Source: Chara braunii (taxonomy: Eukaryota > Plantae > Charophyceae). From it: 64,000 nt of DNA. The position numbers and the translations under genes are program-made. The DNA lies in NCBI GenBank assembly GCA_003427395.1, contig BFEA01000006.1, positions 529,218 through 593,217 of the forward strand, read 5' to 3'. The notes under the pieces were generated by a model, which saw only the letters and a program-made list of their open reading frames with translations, was not told the DNA's origin and did not search any database. Positions within the stretch are counted from its first letter, which is position 1, and each line of letters starts with the position of its first letter. Positions 63,834 to 64,000 of the stretch are shown one piece after another.

Positions 63834-64000
63834 CAGGGTAACCGGCGTTCAGGACGCGCCGAACGCCCGAACCCGAACACCCGAACACGTTCGGCCGTTA
63901 AGACCGAACGCGGACAAAAAAAAAAAAAAAAAAAAAAAACCATCGTCCAAAAACTCTGAAAACAATATATGGTATGCAGACAGACAAACTGAACAACATT
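63834..64000. mobile_element. end of a second hAT-like MITE of the 57875-58664 family, abutting an (ATT)n tract
   Basis: CAGGGTAACCGGCGTTC...CCGAACGCCCGAACCCGAAC matches the reverse complement of ~58600-58664. Confidence 0.8.

Overview
Repeat-rich eukaryotic nuclear DNA from a draft assembly. It has N gaps and a leftover Nextera mate-pair adapter. Spliceosomal introns, CCCTAAA telomere-type repeats and the TE types point to a green plant or streptophyte alga; a charophyte such as Chara is my guess. I can support no intact host gene. In order, the window holds: (1) a degraded minus-strand Ty3/Gypsy LTR retrotransposon (1-12712) with about 4 kb of extra coding sequence upstream of gag, containing four copies of one unrecognised ~160-aa domain; (2) a probably organelle-derived block with group II intron RT remnants (~12.7-15.9 kb); (3) low-complexity DNA and tRNA-derived SINEs; (4) an inverted repeat with ~5-kb arms (26.7-41.0 kb) whose spacer holds SINEs, an interstitial telomeric tract and a palindromic satellite; (5) a plus-strand multi-exon pseudogene (~42.3-60.3 kb) whose 3' nine exons splice into a complete but divergent PrimPol (AEP motifs plus Zn finger), apparently fused downstream of a C2H2 finger and Ulp1-like protease motifs; (6) the 5' part of a Penelope-like element with an N-terminal GIY-YIG, and a second satellite. 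A family of asymmetric-ended, 9-bp-TSD insertions built from CCACTTCAG-motif repeats occurs three times and appears to be generating the satellites. The PrimPol fusion, the satellite-building element and the Gypsy accessory domain are the best novelty candidates. All protein-family calls come from motifs I recognised by eye, not from database searches.
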